A DNA stretch of 64,000 bases from Candidatus Hikarchaeum yamanae (GCA_009889635.1 WTZQ01000002.1:17097-81096); one strand, 5' to 3'; shown: positions 10,462 to 20,665, counted from the first letter of the stretch. The notes: generated by a model not told the origin, from the sequence alone. Translations and numbers: made by a program.

Positions 10462-12741
10462 GTGATGCAAGAAGAGAATTCAGTTAGTGTTCAACACCCA
10501 CTCATACGTTCGGGCACTCTCGAATCGAGACCGTATCAATTAAAACTCGCCGAAAAATCACTTTCTGAAAATACTCTGGTCTGCTTACCAACCGGTCTCG
10601 GAAAAACTGCAATTAGTCTATTAGTAACCGCCCATCGACTAAATCAAAATGAAGGAAAATCTTTGCTCCTTGCCCCCACAAAACCACTCGTAAATCAACA
10701 TACAAACGATTACCGAAACTGGTTGAATTTATCTACATCCGATATTGTATCTTTCACTGGAGAAATACCCCCCAAACAACGCAGTGAGCTGTGGGACCAA
10801 GCCACTGTTATCGTATCAACTCCTCAGGTTATTCAAAACGATCTAATCAGCGGGAGAATTTCACTCAAAGATGTAGTTCACTGCACCTTTGATGAATGCC
10901 ATAGAGCAACTGGAAACTATGCCTACACTTATATTTCAGAACGATATGTTTCCGATGCATCAAATCCTCTTTCCACTGGTCTTTCTGCATCTCCTGGAAA
11001 CGATGTTGAGTCCATTCTTACCATTTGCAATAATCTCTCCCTTTCAAAAACTGAGATACTCACCGAAGAAGACCCCGAAGTTGCTCCTTTTGCTGGAAAA
11101 ACCAATATCGAATGGGTCCGAGTGAACCTATCCCCTGAGGCAATAGAAATTAGAAATTTACTCCGCAACCTAATGAAAAAACGTCTCACTCGAATGAAAT
11201 CTATAGGAATTTCAGTCCCTTCATCAAATAGTTTATCCGAGAGTGATCTCCGAAAACTTAGATCTCAAATCCAATCTCAAATCGAAGCAGGGAATGGAGA
11301 TGGTTACGAAGCCCTTTCTCTCCATGCAGAACTTAGAAAAATAAAAGTCGGAATCAACTACGTAGAAACTCAAAGTGTAGATGCATTAAACCAATACCTT
11401 GAACGTCAAAAGAATGCATCCCGAACATCTGGGGCTTCGAAAGCAGCTCAAAGATTTATATCCGACCCATTAACTCAGCAAGCAAAACACCTATCAAAAA
11501 AACATCAAGGACTTCACCCAAAATTTGAAACTACCCGTGTCCTAATCGCAGAGGAACTCGGAATTTCCGGCGGTGTACGTGTTATTGTTTTTACCGAATC
11601 ACGAGATACTGCAGATTCCCTCACTGAATTTTTATCCCCCGTTTTTTTGACAGAACGATTTGTTGGGCAAACTACTAGGGACGGATCCACTGGAATGACA
11701 CAAAAACAGCAACACGAAACAATCTCTAAATTTAAGAACGGGGATTTCAACGTTTTAGTTTCAACCTCAGTCGCCGAAGAGGGCCTAGATATCCCTGACG
11801 TAGATCTAGTCATTTTCTTTGAGCCTGTCCCCACAGCAATTCGGACCATACAACGCCGAGGTAGAACTGGGAGAGGGACTCGAGGAAAAGTAATTGTTAT
11901 TATAGCAAACGACACTCGTGATGAAACTTATTTTTGGATTTCTCGAAAAAGAGAACAACAAATGCACAACGAACTGAGGTCTTTAAGATCTTCCATTGCA
12001 AAATTAGACACCAAATTGCCCCCCACAAATCCCCCTCCCCATCCCCAACCAACGCTCACAGATTTTGCTACCACCAATGCCCCATCTGATATCGAAATCA
12101 TCATCGACCAAAGGGAGCTAAACTCTTCAATAACCAAGCAATTAGCTTCCAACGAAAATATACAAATTAAGCTAGAAACCCTCTCAGTGGGGGACTATAT
12201 ACTCTCTGACCGTGTTGCAGTCGAACGAAAAACAATCGATGATTTCCTAGATACACTTGTTGGGGCCGACCGATCCTTATTTGATCAGGTGAAAAACCTA
12301 TCTCAAAACTACTCCCGCCCACTCGTTATCATAGAAGGGGAGGGATCTTTATACTCTAAACGAAATATACATCCCAACGCAATCAGAGGGGCTCTGGCCT
12401 CCCTCGCAATAAATTTCGGAGCTAGTGTATTAAGAACATCCGACGAAGATGACACCGCACAAATGCTTGAATTAATCGCACGCAGAGAACAAATTTCCAC
12501 AGGGAGATCTATACAGATTCACGGATCAAAATCCCAAAAAACCCTCTCCGAACAACAAGAATATGTAGTTTCTTCAATGGCAGAAATAGGCCCGATAACC
12601 GCCCAACTATTGTTATCCCACTTCGGCACTGTCGAAGCTATCATGTCAGCTAACGAAGACCAACTCCAACAGGTAAAGGGAGTTGGAAAAATAACAGCAG
12701 AACGTATTAAGAAAATCACCTCTTCTTCTTATTCTCCATAA
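10462..12741 (+). CDS. hef: Hef helicase/ERCC4-type nuclease (GTG 10462 or ATG 10465)
   Basis: SF2 helicase motifs LPTGLGKTAI and FDECHRATGNYAY. C-terminal XPF/ERCC4 nuclease GDYILSDRVAVERKTIDDF plus HhH GVGKITAERI. Confidence 0.85.
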   Translation: MMQEENSVSVQHPLIRSGTLESRPYQLKLAEKSLSENTLVCLPTGLGKTAISLLVTAHRLNQNEGKSLLLAPTKPLVNQHTNDYRNWLNLSTSDIVSFTGEIPPKQRSELWDQATVIVSTPQVIQNDLISGRISLKDVVHCTFDECHRATGNYAYTYISERYVSDASNPLSTGLSASPGNDVESILTICNNLSLSKTEILTEEDPEVAPFAGKTNIEWVRVNLSPEAIEIRNLLRNLMKKRLTRMKSIGISVPSSNSLSESDLRKLRSQIQSQIEAGNGDGYEALSLHAELRKIKVGINYVETQSVDALNQYLERQKNASRTSGASKAAQRFISDPLTQQAKHLSKKHQGLHPKFETTRVLIAEELGISGGVRVIVFTESRDTADSLTEFLSPVFLTERFVGQTTRDGSTGMTQKQQHETISKFKNGDFNVLVSTSVAEEGLDIPDVDLVIFFEPVPTAIRTIQRRGRTGRGTRGKVIVIIANDTRDETYFWISRKREQQMHNELRSLRSSIAKLDTKLPPTNPPPHPQPTLTDFATTNAPSDIEIIIDQRELNSSITKQLASNENIQIKLETLSVGDYILSDRVAVERKTIDDFLDTLVGADRSLFDQVKNLSQNYSRPLVIIEGEGSLYSKRNIHPNAIRGALASLAINFGASVLRTSDEDDTAQMLELIARREQISTGRSIQIHGSKSQKTLSEQQEYVVSSMAEIGPITAQLLLSHFGTVEAIMSANEDQLQQVKGVGKITAERIKKITSSSYSP

Positions 12742-12768
12742 CATTTCGACCATTTACATAGGCTGTAT

Positions 12769-13197
12769 TTGAGTCGCCGCTATACCTATGCCCAACCAGA
12801 CCCACTATCTTTCATGGTAACTGTAATAGCCATGCAAATAGTAGGCGCAGTCTGCGTCATTATCGGAATAGTAATGAATATCGACCCAGTCGGCTTCAAC
12901 GAGAGAATAATGGGTAAGGTTGTCAAATCAGCCGTTAAACCGCTTGCCGGCCTGAGGCTCCCACTCGGAGGTAGTCTCATGGCCATTGGTATTATCAATC
13001 TCTACTGTAGTTTGACGATAACGAGCGCCGATGCGCTGAAATCTATCCTTCTGGCAACTGCAATTGGGGCAATAGTTATAGCGGCTACTGTCATATCTGC
13101 AAAACTCCGTGGTTTCAGTGACGGAATCCCTCCAATTCCCATCGCCGTGTTAAGCATTCTGACAGCCATTTGTCTCTATGCCTCATTGATCGCATAG
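12769..13197 (+). CDS. hypothetical integral membrane protein (about 4 TM); TTG start, true start uncertain
   Basis: Hydrophobic helices (VTVIAMQIVGAVCVIIGIV.., LMAIGIINLYCSL.., LLATAIGAIVIAATVI.., IAVLSILTAICLYASLI). No recognisable motif. Confidence 0.5.
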   Translation: MSRRYTYAQPDPLSFMVTVIAMQIVGAVCVIIGIVMNIDPVGFNERIMGKVVKSAVKPLAGLRLPLGGSLMAIGIINLYCSLTITSADALKSILLATAIGAIVIAATVISAKLRGFSDGIPPIPIAVLSILTAICLYASLIA

Positions 13198-13375
13198 CCA
13201 GAATATACACCACCCCAAAAACGAGGCAGTGACGGGATCAAGATCTTGTAGGCCAACTATTGCGACCCACTATAAATTTGATCCACTCTTCTACTCCATG
13301 TTTACTATTTTCATTAAATAAAATTTCTAACAGTGGACAACAGATTTCTATTGCAATAGATCCCTTTTATTAGTT

Positions 13376-13801
13376 TCACTCACCAATTTCATCCATAGCC
13401 TGAAGAACTTCAGTGGCTTCTTTTATCGCACTTAAGTATTCTTTCATTTTCTGTATATCTTCTTCTTCTTCCACTTTTTTTGTGAGGTCTTCTATCTTAT
13501 CTAGTATCGCAGAACGAACCCCGATCAGGTGTTCTCCCTTTTCCTCTCGTTCAACTTGACCCCTTTGAGCATCTACATTTTTTCCAGTTGTAATTTGTTC
13601 TCCGTTTTTGCAGCTTGGGCAAAATTCTTTTCCCTCCTGACGAAAAATAGGATCTCCACATGTTTTACAGTGTTTTCTAGTCATAGTTGCACCTTGCAAC
13701 AAGAGAGAACTCATTACTCGCGCCGATTCCCTGCTTTTGGCTTCTTTTTCAAATTGCAAACGAAGTTTTTCCCTTTCCGCTTCTTTATCAATTTTTGCCA
13801 T
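13376..13801 (-). CDS. UPF0148 / autoantigen-p27-like zinc-ribbon protein
   Basis: Signature LLLQGATMTRKHCKTCGDPIFRQEGKEFCPSC, flanked by charged coiled-coil-like segments. Confidence 0.7.
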   Translation of the reverse strand: MAKIDKEAEREKLRLQFEKEAKSRESARVMSSLLLQGATMTRKHCKTCGDPIFRQEGKEFCPSCKNGEQITTGKNVDAQRGQVEREEKGEHLIGVRSAILDKIEDLTKKVEEEEDIQKMKEYLSAIKEATEVLQAMDEIGE

Positions 13802-13875
13802 TGATATCTCTAAAAATCCATCGACACAAAAATCCTCCGAAGAGCCAGTTATTCTCCCGTTCCTTTTCGAAGCAC

Positions 13876-13885
13876 TTTAAATATT
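13876..13885 (+). promoter_or_regulatory. TATA-box-like element (TTTAAATATT) about 26 nt upstream of the mdh ATG, suggesting a leaderless mRNA
   Basis: Spacing read from the sequence. Archaeal TATA boxes sit about 25-30 nt upstream of the TSS. Confidence 0.45.
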
Positions 13886-13905
13886 CGACTGAGTTGTTTC
13901 TGATA

Positions 13906-14823
13906 ATGTCAAAAATTTCTATTATCGGAGCAGCAGGAACGGTAGGCTCTTCATTTGGATATCATTTAGCAGTCCAAGCCATAGCAGATGAAATAGTATA
14001 CGTCGATATCCCCTCGAAACACTCTTTCACGGTTGGACAAGCAGAAGACACAAACCACGCCCTGGCCTATCATTCTGACACCAATGTCTCTTGCGGGGAC
14101 TATTCAGACACAGAAAATTCCGATATCATAGTTATCACTGCTGGAAAACCAAGACAACCTGGACAAACTAGAATCGACCTAGCCGCTGATAATATTGCCA
14201 TTTTGGATTCTATTATTAATTCCCTTTTAGAATACAATGACGATTTTATATCGATTATAACAACCAATCCTGTAGATTTACTAAATCGACATGTATTCGA
14301 ATCGGGTGACCGCCCCCGGGAAAGCGTACTAGGGTTTGGTGGCATTCTCGATTCTGCACGATTCCGTTACACACTTTCTAAAAAACTTTCTCTCCCTGTC
14401 ACTGATATCGACGCAACAATTTTAGGTGAACATGGCGATTCTCAAGTGCCTATTTTTTCTCAAATCAAACTCCCTGGAAACACTACCCCTGCATTTTCAA
14501 CCGATGAAAAAGAATCCATTCTCTCTAACTTAAAAGAATCTGCAATGCGCGTAATTGAACAGAAAAAAGCTACCCAATGGGGGCCCTCAGCAGGATTATA
14601 CCACATGGTGGCCTCCATCCTAGAAAACAATAATCAGACCTATCCTTGTTCCGTGGTACTCGAAGGGGAGTATGGTTTATCCGATGTTAGTCTTGGTGTT
14701 CCCATCCATCTTGGCCCCTCGGGAATGAAGGAAATTCTTGAATGGAATCTTTCTCCCACGGAAGAAGATGCTCTCAAAAAATCAGCAGAAAAATTAGCTT
14801 CTGAACACGCCCTTTTAAAATAA
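13906..14823 (+). CDS. mdh: malate dehydrogenase (LDH-like, haloarchaeal type)
   Basis: MSKISIIGAAGTVGSS, ITAGKPRQPGQTRIDL, TTNPVDLLN and LGEHGDSQVP align along the whole length with Haloarcula-type MDH. The ORF-track N-terminal extension from 13687 overlaps the divergent gene and is rejected. Confidence 0.9.
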   Translation: MSKISIIGAAGTVGSSFGYHLAVQAIADEIVYVDIPSKHSFTVGQAEDTNHALAYHSDTNVSCGDYSDTENSDIIVITAGKPRQPGQTRIDLAADNIAILDSIINSLLEYNDDFISIITTNPVDLLNRHVFESGDRPRESVLGFGGILDSARFRYTLSKKLSLPVTDIDATILGEHGDSQVPIFSQIKLPGNTTPAFSTDEKESILSNLKESAMRVIEQKKATQWGPSAGLYHMVASILENNNQTYPCSVVLEGEYGLSDVSLGVPIHLGPSGMKEILEWNLSPTEEDALKKSAEKLASEHALLK

Positions 14824-14837
14824 CTCGATCGAATTCC

Positions 14838-15080
14838 TCATACAATTTTATTCCCTGCATCATCATATAATTTTATTGCATCAACCGGACATACCCGTGC
14901 AGCCATTTCCGCCTCAAATTCTTCCCCCTCTGGAACTTCCATTATGAATATGTCTTCTCCTTCTTCTATTGAATCTCTTAAATCAGCTTTCCCCCGTTTG
15001 AGATTTTTCTGAAATCCTTCCCATTCATGAACACATTGAAACATCCCTGTGCAGGTATATCTATCAAATTCTATTTTCAT
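14838..15080 (-). CDS. small single-cluster ferredoxin-like protein (three Cys)
   Basis: YTCTGMFQC ... RVCPVDAI pattern (Cx6C...CP) fits single-cluster Fer4-type ferredoxins. Acidic, 80 aa. Confidence 0.6.
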   Translation of the reverse strand: MKIEFDRYTCTGMFQCVHEWEGFQKNLKRGKADLRDSIEEGEDIFIMEVPEGEEFEAEMAARVCPVDAIKLYDDAGNKIV

Positions 15081-15192
15081 ATTTACCCCTTCGTCTTAGT
15101 TTGTCTTATGTATACCGAGATTTAGCAACTAATATCAAAAAATTCTATCCACCATACTCATTACTTCTGCTAACTTCTTATTATCAACAGAC

Positions 15193-17427
15193 GTGAATGT
15201 AGATGACCTATCTGATCTGCCTAATAATGCAATAGATCTGCTCAAATCTAGCGGAGTACACACACTCTACCCTCCTCAAACAATAGCTGTCGAAGCAGGA
15301 ATCACTCAAGGAAAAAGTGTAGTAGCAAGTGTCCCCACAGCCAGTGGGAAAACTTTCATAGCCGAGTTAGCAATGCTTTCGACAATAGCTCGTGGAGGAA
15401 AAGCACTCTACATAGTCCCCTTGCGAGCCCTAGCCAACGAAAAAAAACAAGAATTCGATAGATTCGATTCCATTGATATATCTGTAGGAAGTTCAACCGG
15501 AGATTATGAAAGCACCGACGATTGGCTAGCAACCAAGGATATCATCGTTGCAACTTCTGAAAAAGTAGACTCTTTAATTCGAAATTTTGCCCCCTGGATT
15601 TCCGATTTAACTTGTGTTGTCGCAGACGAAATTCATCTCTTAGACGATGCTTCTAGAGGGCCAACTCTAGAAATGACTTTGGCAAAACTGATTCACATCA
15701 ATCCCAATATACAAATAGTTGGCTTATCCGCAACTATCGGGAATGCCGATCAAATCGCAACTTGGCTCGACGCAACCTTGGTTACATCAACATGGAGACC
15801 TATCTCTCTGCGAACTGGTGTTTACTATGATACTTCCATTCATTTTGACGATGGAACTATTCGTGACATTCCTAAAAAATCCAATCCAGTTGAGGACATA
15901 ATCCACGATGTTTTACAAGAAGATGGATCTGCTCTAGTTTTTGTAAGTTCTCGCAGAAATGCAGAATCTGCAGCAAAAAAAATAGCTAGCGTAACTGATG
16001 GTTTTACCAACGAAACCAAACCAAATTTAATTGAACTAGCAAATCAAGTCCGGGATGAAGGTGAAACCCAATTGGCTAACACATTGGCCAATTCCATTGA
16101 AATGGGATCTGCATTTCACCACGCTGGATTGGTAAATAATCACCGCAGATTAGTTGAAAAGTCTTTTCGAGAACGTACAATAAAAGTGGTATGTGCCACT
16201 CCCACTTTGGCAGCCGGTGTCAACACACCTAGTAGACGTGTCATAGTTCGAGATTGGCGTAGATATAATTCTTTCCGTGGAGGTATGGAACCACTCTCCG
16301 TCATAGAAATGCATCAAATGTTTGGTCGGGCTGGCCGGCCCAACTTAGATCCTTACGGAGAAGCAATACTGCTGGCTTCGACACCCGACGAATTCAATGA
16401 ACTTTTCGACCGATATATTGGAGCAGAACCCGAATCTGTCGAATCAAAGTTAGCTGTAGAACCTGCTTTAAGAACTCATATTTTATCTGCTATAGCTACT
16501 GGATTTGCTACCACTACGGAAGGGCTCCTAGACTTTTTAGATGGAACTCTCTATGCGACACAAACCACCAATACAAGAAGATTAAAATTTGTTACACATT
16601 CTGTGCTTGAATATTTAGAGGTCAATGGATTTCTAACCATGGTGGACGGCGATCTCTCCGCTACAAAAATAGGGGAAGAAGTTTCTCGAATTTACCTCGA
16701 TCCAATGTCTGCAGCAGAGATAATCTATGGACTAAAAACTTCTGAAAATCCTAGCTCATTAGGTCTATTCCATCTCATCAGCCGTACCCCCGATACTTAC
16801 CCTTTATACCTCAAATCTGGAGACCGAGAATTTTATTACCAATTGGCATACGAATCCCAATCAGAATTTTTAGGGTCTTCGCCCTCTGAATTTGACCCCC
16901 ATTGGGAAGATTGGCTGTCCGCTCTTAAAACGGCAAAAATGATAGAAGATTGGACCCAAGAAACGGATGAAGAAACAATTACCAAACGCTATCGAATGGG
17001 ACCTGGAGACATACGTGCTAAAATAGATACCGCAGATTGGCTACTACGCGCAGCAGAAAGACTTGCGATCTCTTTAGATCTACAATCTACTTCCACCATC
17101 AGAAATCTCCAAAGACGGGTAAAATATGGTGTAAAAGAAGAATTACTCGAATTAGTTGCAGTGCAAGGTGTGGGAAGAATTCGGGCCAGGCAATTGTTTA
17201 ACCATGGAATCCACACCCGATCCGATCTACGCACAGAAGACAAACAACTTATTCTCACTGCCCTTTCTGGAAGAAAACTCACCACCGAACAAATTCTCCA
17301 AAACGCAGGGAGAACTGACTCTTCGTTGGAGGATATTTCCATCACCCGGCAATTTTCTTCTATAAAAAATAAAAAAACATCTAACCAGAAAAATGAAGAT
17401 CAAGCAAATTTAGGAGATTTTAAATGA
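15193..17427 (+). CDS. hel308: Hel308 / Ski2-like DNA helicase (GTG start)
   Basis: VPTASGKTFIAE, VVADEIHLLDD, GLSATIGN, FHHAGL, MFGRAGRP. C-terminal HhH-like domain with VQGVGRIRARQL. Confidence 0.9.
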   Translation: MNVDDLSDLPNNAIDLLKSSGVHTLYPPQTIAVEAGITQGKSVVASVPTASGKTFIAELAMLSTIARGGKALYIVPLRALANEKKQEFDRFDSIDISVGSSTGDYESTDDWLATKDIIVATSEKVDSLIRNFAPWISDLTCVVADEIHLLDDASRGPTLEMTLAKLIHINPNIQIVGLSATIGNADQIATWLDATLVTSTWRPISLRTGVYYDTSIHFDDGTIRDIPKKSNPVEDIIHDVLQEDGSALVFVSSRRNAESAAKKIASVTDGFTNETKPNLIELANQVRDEGETQLANTLANSIEMGSAFHHAGLVNNHRRLVEKSFRERTIKVVCATPTLAAGVNTPSRRVIVRDWRRYNSFRGGMEPLSVIEMHQMFGRAGRPNLDPYGEAILLASTPDEFNELFDRYIGAEPESVESKLAVEPALRTHILSAIATGFATTTEGLLDFLDGTLYATQTTNTRRLKFVTHSVLEYLEVNGFLTMVDGDLSATKIGEEVSRIYLDPMSAAEIIYGLKTSENPSSLGLFHLISRTPDTYPLYLKSGDREFYYQLAYESQSEFLGSSPSEFDPHWEDWLSALKTAKMIEDWTQETDEETITKRYRMGPGDIRAKIDTADWLLRAAERLAISLDLQSTSTIRNLQRRVKYGVKEELLELVAVQGVGRIRARQLFNHGIHTRSDLRTEDKQLILTALSGRKLTTEQILQNAGRTDSSLEDISITRQFSSIKNKKTSNQKNEDQANLGDFK

Positions 17428-17915
17428 TTCTCACCGAAGGGCACCTAATCGATACAGATACCTCTTCCTTTCTCGAAAATCTCACTAGAATAGCCACCGA
17501 GCAAGAATGTGTTATTCAATCATTCGATGCACGGTATATCGCTGGGAAATCCCATCTAACTCTAGCAACCGAATATTCTAAAAGGGCATTCAAACGTGGA
17601 GATTCAATTGCAAAAGACCCTGCAATAGAGCTTCTTTTATACGCTTCCGGAAGGCGTCAAATAAATCGTGCGATGGAGATGTGTATCACTCCCAAAACCA
17701 CCGATGTAGTCATAGCGATTTACGGGGAAAAAGAGACGATTTCTTCTGATCTACTACAGGAATTAATTCTACCTTTTGACGTGATAAATCCCACTAAAAA
17801 CCTCGAATTACTTTGTACTTTTTTCGACATAACCAAACAAGAACTTGAAGTTTCATCTGCTGATATAGAATCATTAGTCCTCGAACGCGTAGCACTTCTC
17901 AATCTATCTAAATAA
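17424..17915 (+). CDS. cgi121: KEOPS complex subunit Cgi121
   Basis: ATGA overlap with the hel308 stop. ..ELLLYASGRRQINRAME.. is typical of Cgi121. hel308-cgi121 adjacency is known from Haloferax volcanii. Confidence 0.65.
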   Translation: MILTEGHLIDTDTSSFLENLTRIATEQECVIQSFDARYIAGKSHLTLATEYSKRAFKRGDSIAKDPAIELLLYASGRRQINRAMEMCITPKTTDVVIAIYGEKETISSDLLQELILPFDVINPTKNLELLCTFFDITKQELEVSSADIESLVLERVALLNLSK

Positions 17916-17977
17916 CTCCTTTTTCGTTTCCTGTAGTTTTATGCACTAGCACGTCGTATGGGGGTCAGGTAAAATTC

Positions 17978-18238
17978 ATGCACCGTTACACACAACAAAT
18001 CTTATTCGCTATAGTTATGTTACTAATAGATCTCCTCGTACTCCTTCCCCTTTTCATCTTCCGCGTCAACGGAATCGCTGGATATGGTGGCTGGGGATAC
18101 CCCGGCCCAGGGGTCATGTTTGTAAATGTCTTACTCATTTGGCTCCTTTACATTGGAATCTTCAATGTTTTCTTGGCGGACTACGGAGGAAACATAGGAA
18201 AAAGTGTAGCAAAAGCTATCTTTGACAAAGTTCTATGA
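17978..18238 (+). CDS. small hypothetical membrane protein (2 TM, 86 aa)
   Basis: Two hydrophobic helices flank GYGGWGYPGPG. 51 nt upstream of the Mo-hydroxylase gene. Confidence 0.45.
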   Translation: MHRYTQQILFAIVMLLIDLLVLLPLFIFRVNGIAGYGGWGYPGPGVMFVNVLLIWLLYIGIFNVFLADYGGNIGKSVAKAIFDKVL

Positions 18239-18289
18239 TGCCTCACTCAACGTATTCCCTCTCTATTCTTAATTAGAAACACCCCCCCT

Positions 18290-20650
18290 ATGACAAATTC
18301 GATAGGATCTCGGATTCCTTCAAAATTAGGGGAAATTTTTGTCACTGGATCTGGTACTTTCGTAGATGATATGGCATTCCCCGGAATGCTCCACGCACGT
18401 TTCGTCCGTTGCCCCCATCCACACGCAAAAATCGTTTCAATAGATACTTCGCATGCCCTTTCTATCCCTGGAGTTGAATTAGTTTGGACTTGGAAGGATA
18501 TATCACCTTATCTAAGCTCTAATCATTTTGGGCATGATATCCTCGATGAAGAACCTCTTGCTATCGATCGAGCCCGTTATGTAGGAGATGAAGTTGCTAT
18601 AGTTCTAGCCCACGACGCTCATACTGCTCTCGAAGCATCTGAAGCCGTTAATATAACCTATGATCTCCTACCCGCAGTCACTAGCGTCGAGGACGCTCTA
18701 TCATCTACATCCCCTCTGCTACACCCCCGCCTAGATGAAGATCCTAGCTCTTCCGTCAAAGGAAACTTACTACATTCCTTTTCAATTAAAACCGGGGATG
18801 TCCCGGCAGCTCTAAAATCTCCTCATGTTTCCGTATCTGGGTCCTTCAAAACTAACCGAACTAGTCCATCTGCACTCGAGCCCCATGGAGTCATAGCTAG
18901 CTACACACCCGGAAGGGAGCTTGCTATTCATTCTCCCAATCAAAAACCCCATTCGATGGTGACTAACTTAGAAACTATATTTGGGTTTGAACCCGGATTT
19001 ATCACCTGGAATGTACCTGACATTGGGGGTTCTTTTGGTACTAAAGCAGAATTACTCTCTCATGAAATTTGTGCCGCTGCACTTACACTCTCCACCCGTA
19101 AACCTGTAAAGATCATCCTCGATCGATTAGAAGAATTACAGACGGGACGAGGGCGGCCGGAAGAACATTTTAATGCATGCTTAACCGCAGATAAAAATGG
19201 TAATTTTATATCACTCACAGTTGACATGATTCAAAACACTGGAGCATACGCTTCATACGGTATCCATACCTCCGAAACACCTGGACTTCTTGCAGCCTGT
19301 CCGTATCTAATCGAACATCAAAACATATCTGGAAAAGTTGTATATACAAATGTAGTACCTTCTGGGGCTGTTAGGGGGTTCGGCGATTCCCAATATACTT
19401 TCGTCAGAGAACAACTAGTTGATGCAATCTCTATAAAACTCAATAGAGATCCCATCGATTTGAGATTGCAAAATATAGCCACGAAAGATCAAATGCCAAT
19501 TACAACGGCAACTGGAATTAGATGGAGAAACACGGATTTGCCTTCTTGTATTACTGCAGTAAGAGATTCACTTTCGCCACCACCCACTCCTCCTTCAAAC
19601 AATAAACTTCGAGGCATGGGAATAGCTGTTTCTGTCAAACGAAATGGAAAAAAAGGTGCGAACTCTGATTTCTCTAAAGCCACTGTTGAGGTCAATAACA
19701 AAGGCACGGTTTACATATACTCCGATGTTATCAGCGTTGGTCAGGGAACAGAAACCGGTCTTGCTCAAATAACATCAGAAATTTTGGGAATTTCTCAAAA
19801 CAGAATAAAAGTTATAACTGGAAATACAGATACCATTGCAGATGGCCATGGAGTGGGCGCCGATAGAGGCACAGTTTTCATTGGAAGTGCCACTGCAAAA
19901 GCTGCAGAAAATCTTCGAGAAAAAATTATCAAAATCGCATCCAATTTCTTACAAATAGAATCTAAACATGTAACACTTTCTTCTGATAGGATATTCGATT
20001 CATCCAATCCTGACAATGGGATGGAATTCACAGAATTCGCTCGCCGCGCTAGATTCGATGATCCCTCTATTAAATTAAATCAACACGAAACCGGAGTTTC
20101 GTTAATAGGACATGCAACTTTCGAAAGCTTAGAAGCACAAACTGTAGATCCTAAAACAAGGCTGGGGAATGTTTCTCATACTTACACTCATTCTGCTGTT
20201 GGAGTAATTGTAGACGTAGACATAGGTACTGGCGATATTGACATACTGGATATATGTGTAGCAGAGGACTTGGGCTGTGTAATAAACCCCCTTTTAGTAG
20301 AGGGACAAATTCAAGGGTGCATCGGCCATGCAGCAGGGGATGTTTTTCTCGAGAACTTTACGTATGACGCCCATGGACATCCTCACAATGGAACTCTAGT
20401 TGACTACCATCTTCCAACTACTATAGACGTACCTTTGCTGACTAAAATGCATAAAATTGAATCCCCCGATCCTGCAACTTCTCATGGTCAAAGAGGAGCT
20501 GGAGAAGGTGCATTATTACCATTCCCCGCTGCGATAGCAAATGCCATTCATGATGCCACAGGTGTTCGTTTCAGAGAGCTACCACTCTCTCCTCAGAAAA
20601 TTCTCCCCTCTCTTATAGACCATGGATTTTCCACCCACAAAAAATCGTAG
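18290..20650 (+). CDS. xanthine dehydrogenase / aldehyde oxidase family molybdopterin-binding large subunit (CoxL-like)
   Basis: DIGGSFGTKA (GGGFGGK-type), AVRGFGDSQ and C-terminal QRGAGEGALLP (catalytic Glu region). 786 aa. Confidence 0.85.
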   Translation: MTNSIGSRIPSKLGEIFVTGSGTFVDDMAFPGMLHARFVRCPHPHAKIVSIDTSHALSIPGVELVWTWKDISPYLSSNHFGHDILDEEPLAIDRARYVGDEVAIVLAHDAHTALEASEAVNITYDLLPAVTSVEDALSSTSPLLHPRLDEDPSSSVKGNLLHSFSIKTGDVPAALKSPHVSVSGSFKTNRTSPSALEPHGVIASYTPGRELAIHSPNQKPHSMVTNLETIFGFEPGFITWNVPDIGGSFGTKAELLSHEICAAALTLSTRKPVKIILDRLEELQTGRGRPEEHFNACLTADKNGNFISLTVDMIQNTGAYASYGIHTSETPGLLAACPYLIEHQNISGKVVYTNVVPSGAVRGFGDSQYTFVREQLVDAISIKLNRDPIDLRLQNIATKDQMPITTATGIRWRNTDLPSCITAVRDSLSPPPTPPSNNKLRGMGIAVSVKRNGKKGANSDFSKATVEVNNKGTVYIYSDVISVGQGTETGLAQITSEILGISQNRIKVITGNTDTIADGHGVGADRGTVFIGSATAKAAENLREKIIKIASNFLQIESKHVTLSSDRIFDSSNPDNGMEFTEFARRARFDDPSIKLNQHETGVSLIGHATFESLEAQTVDPKTRLGNVSHTYTHSAVGVIVDVDIGTGDIDILDICVAEDLGCVINPLLVEGQIQGCIGHAAGDVFLENFTYDAHGHPHNGTLVDYHLPTTIDVPLLTKMHKIESPDPATSHGQRGAGEGALLPFPAAIANAIHDATGVRFRELPLSPQKILPSLIDHGFSTHKKS

Positions 20651-20665
20651 TTTACTACTTTAATT

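Noticed and set aside
13346-13362. Perfect 14-bp palindrome TCTATTGCAATAGA just downstream of the zinc-ribbon gene
   Set aside because: It is a single occurrence in a convergent terminator region, with no loop for a hairpin and no second copy seen. It is probably incidental or a minor termination element.
13687-13905. 73-codon N-terminal extension of the malate dehydrogenase ORF
   Set aside because: The extension overlaps the divergent zinc-ribbon gene and has no MDH homology. The canonical N-terminus MSKISIIGAAGTVG starts at 13906, with a TATA-like box 26 nt upstream.
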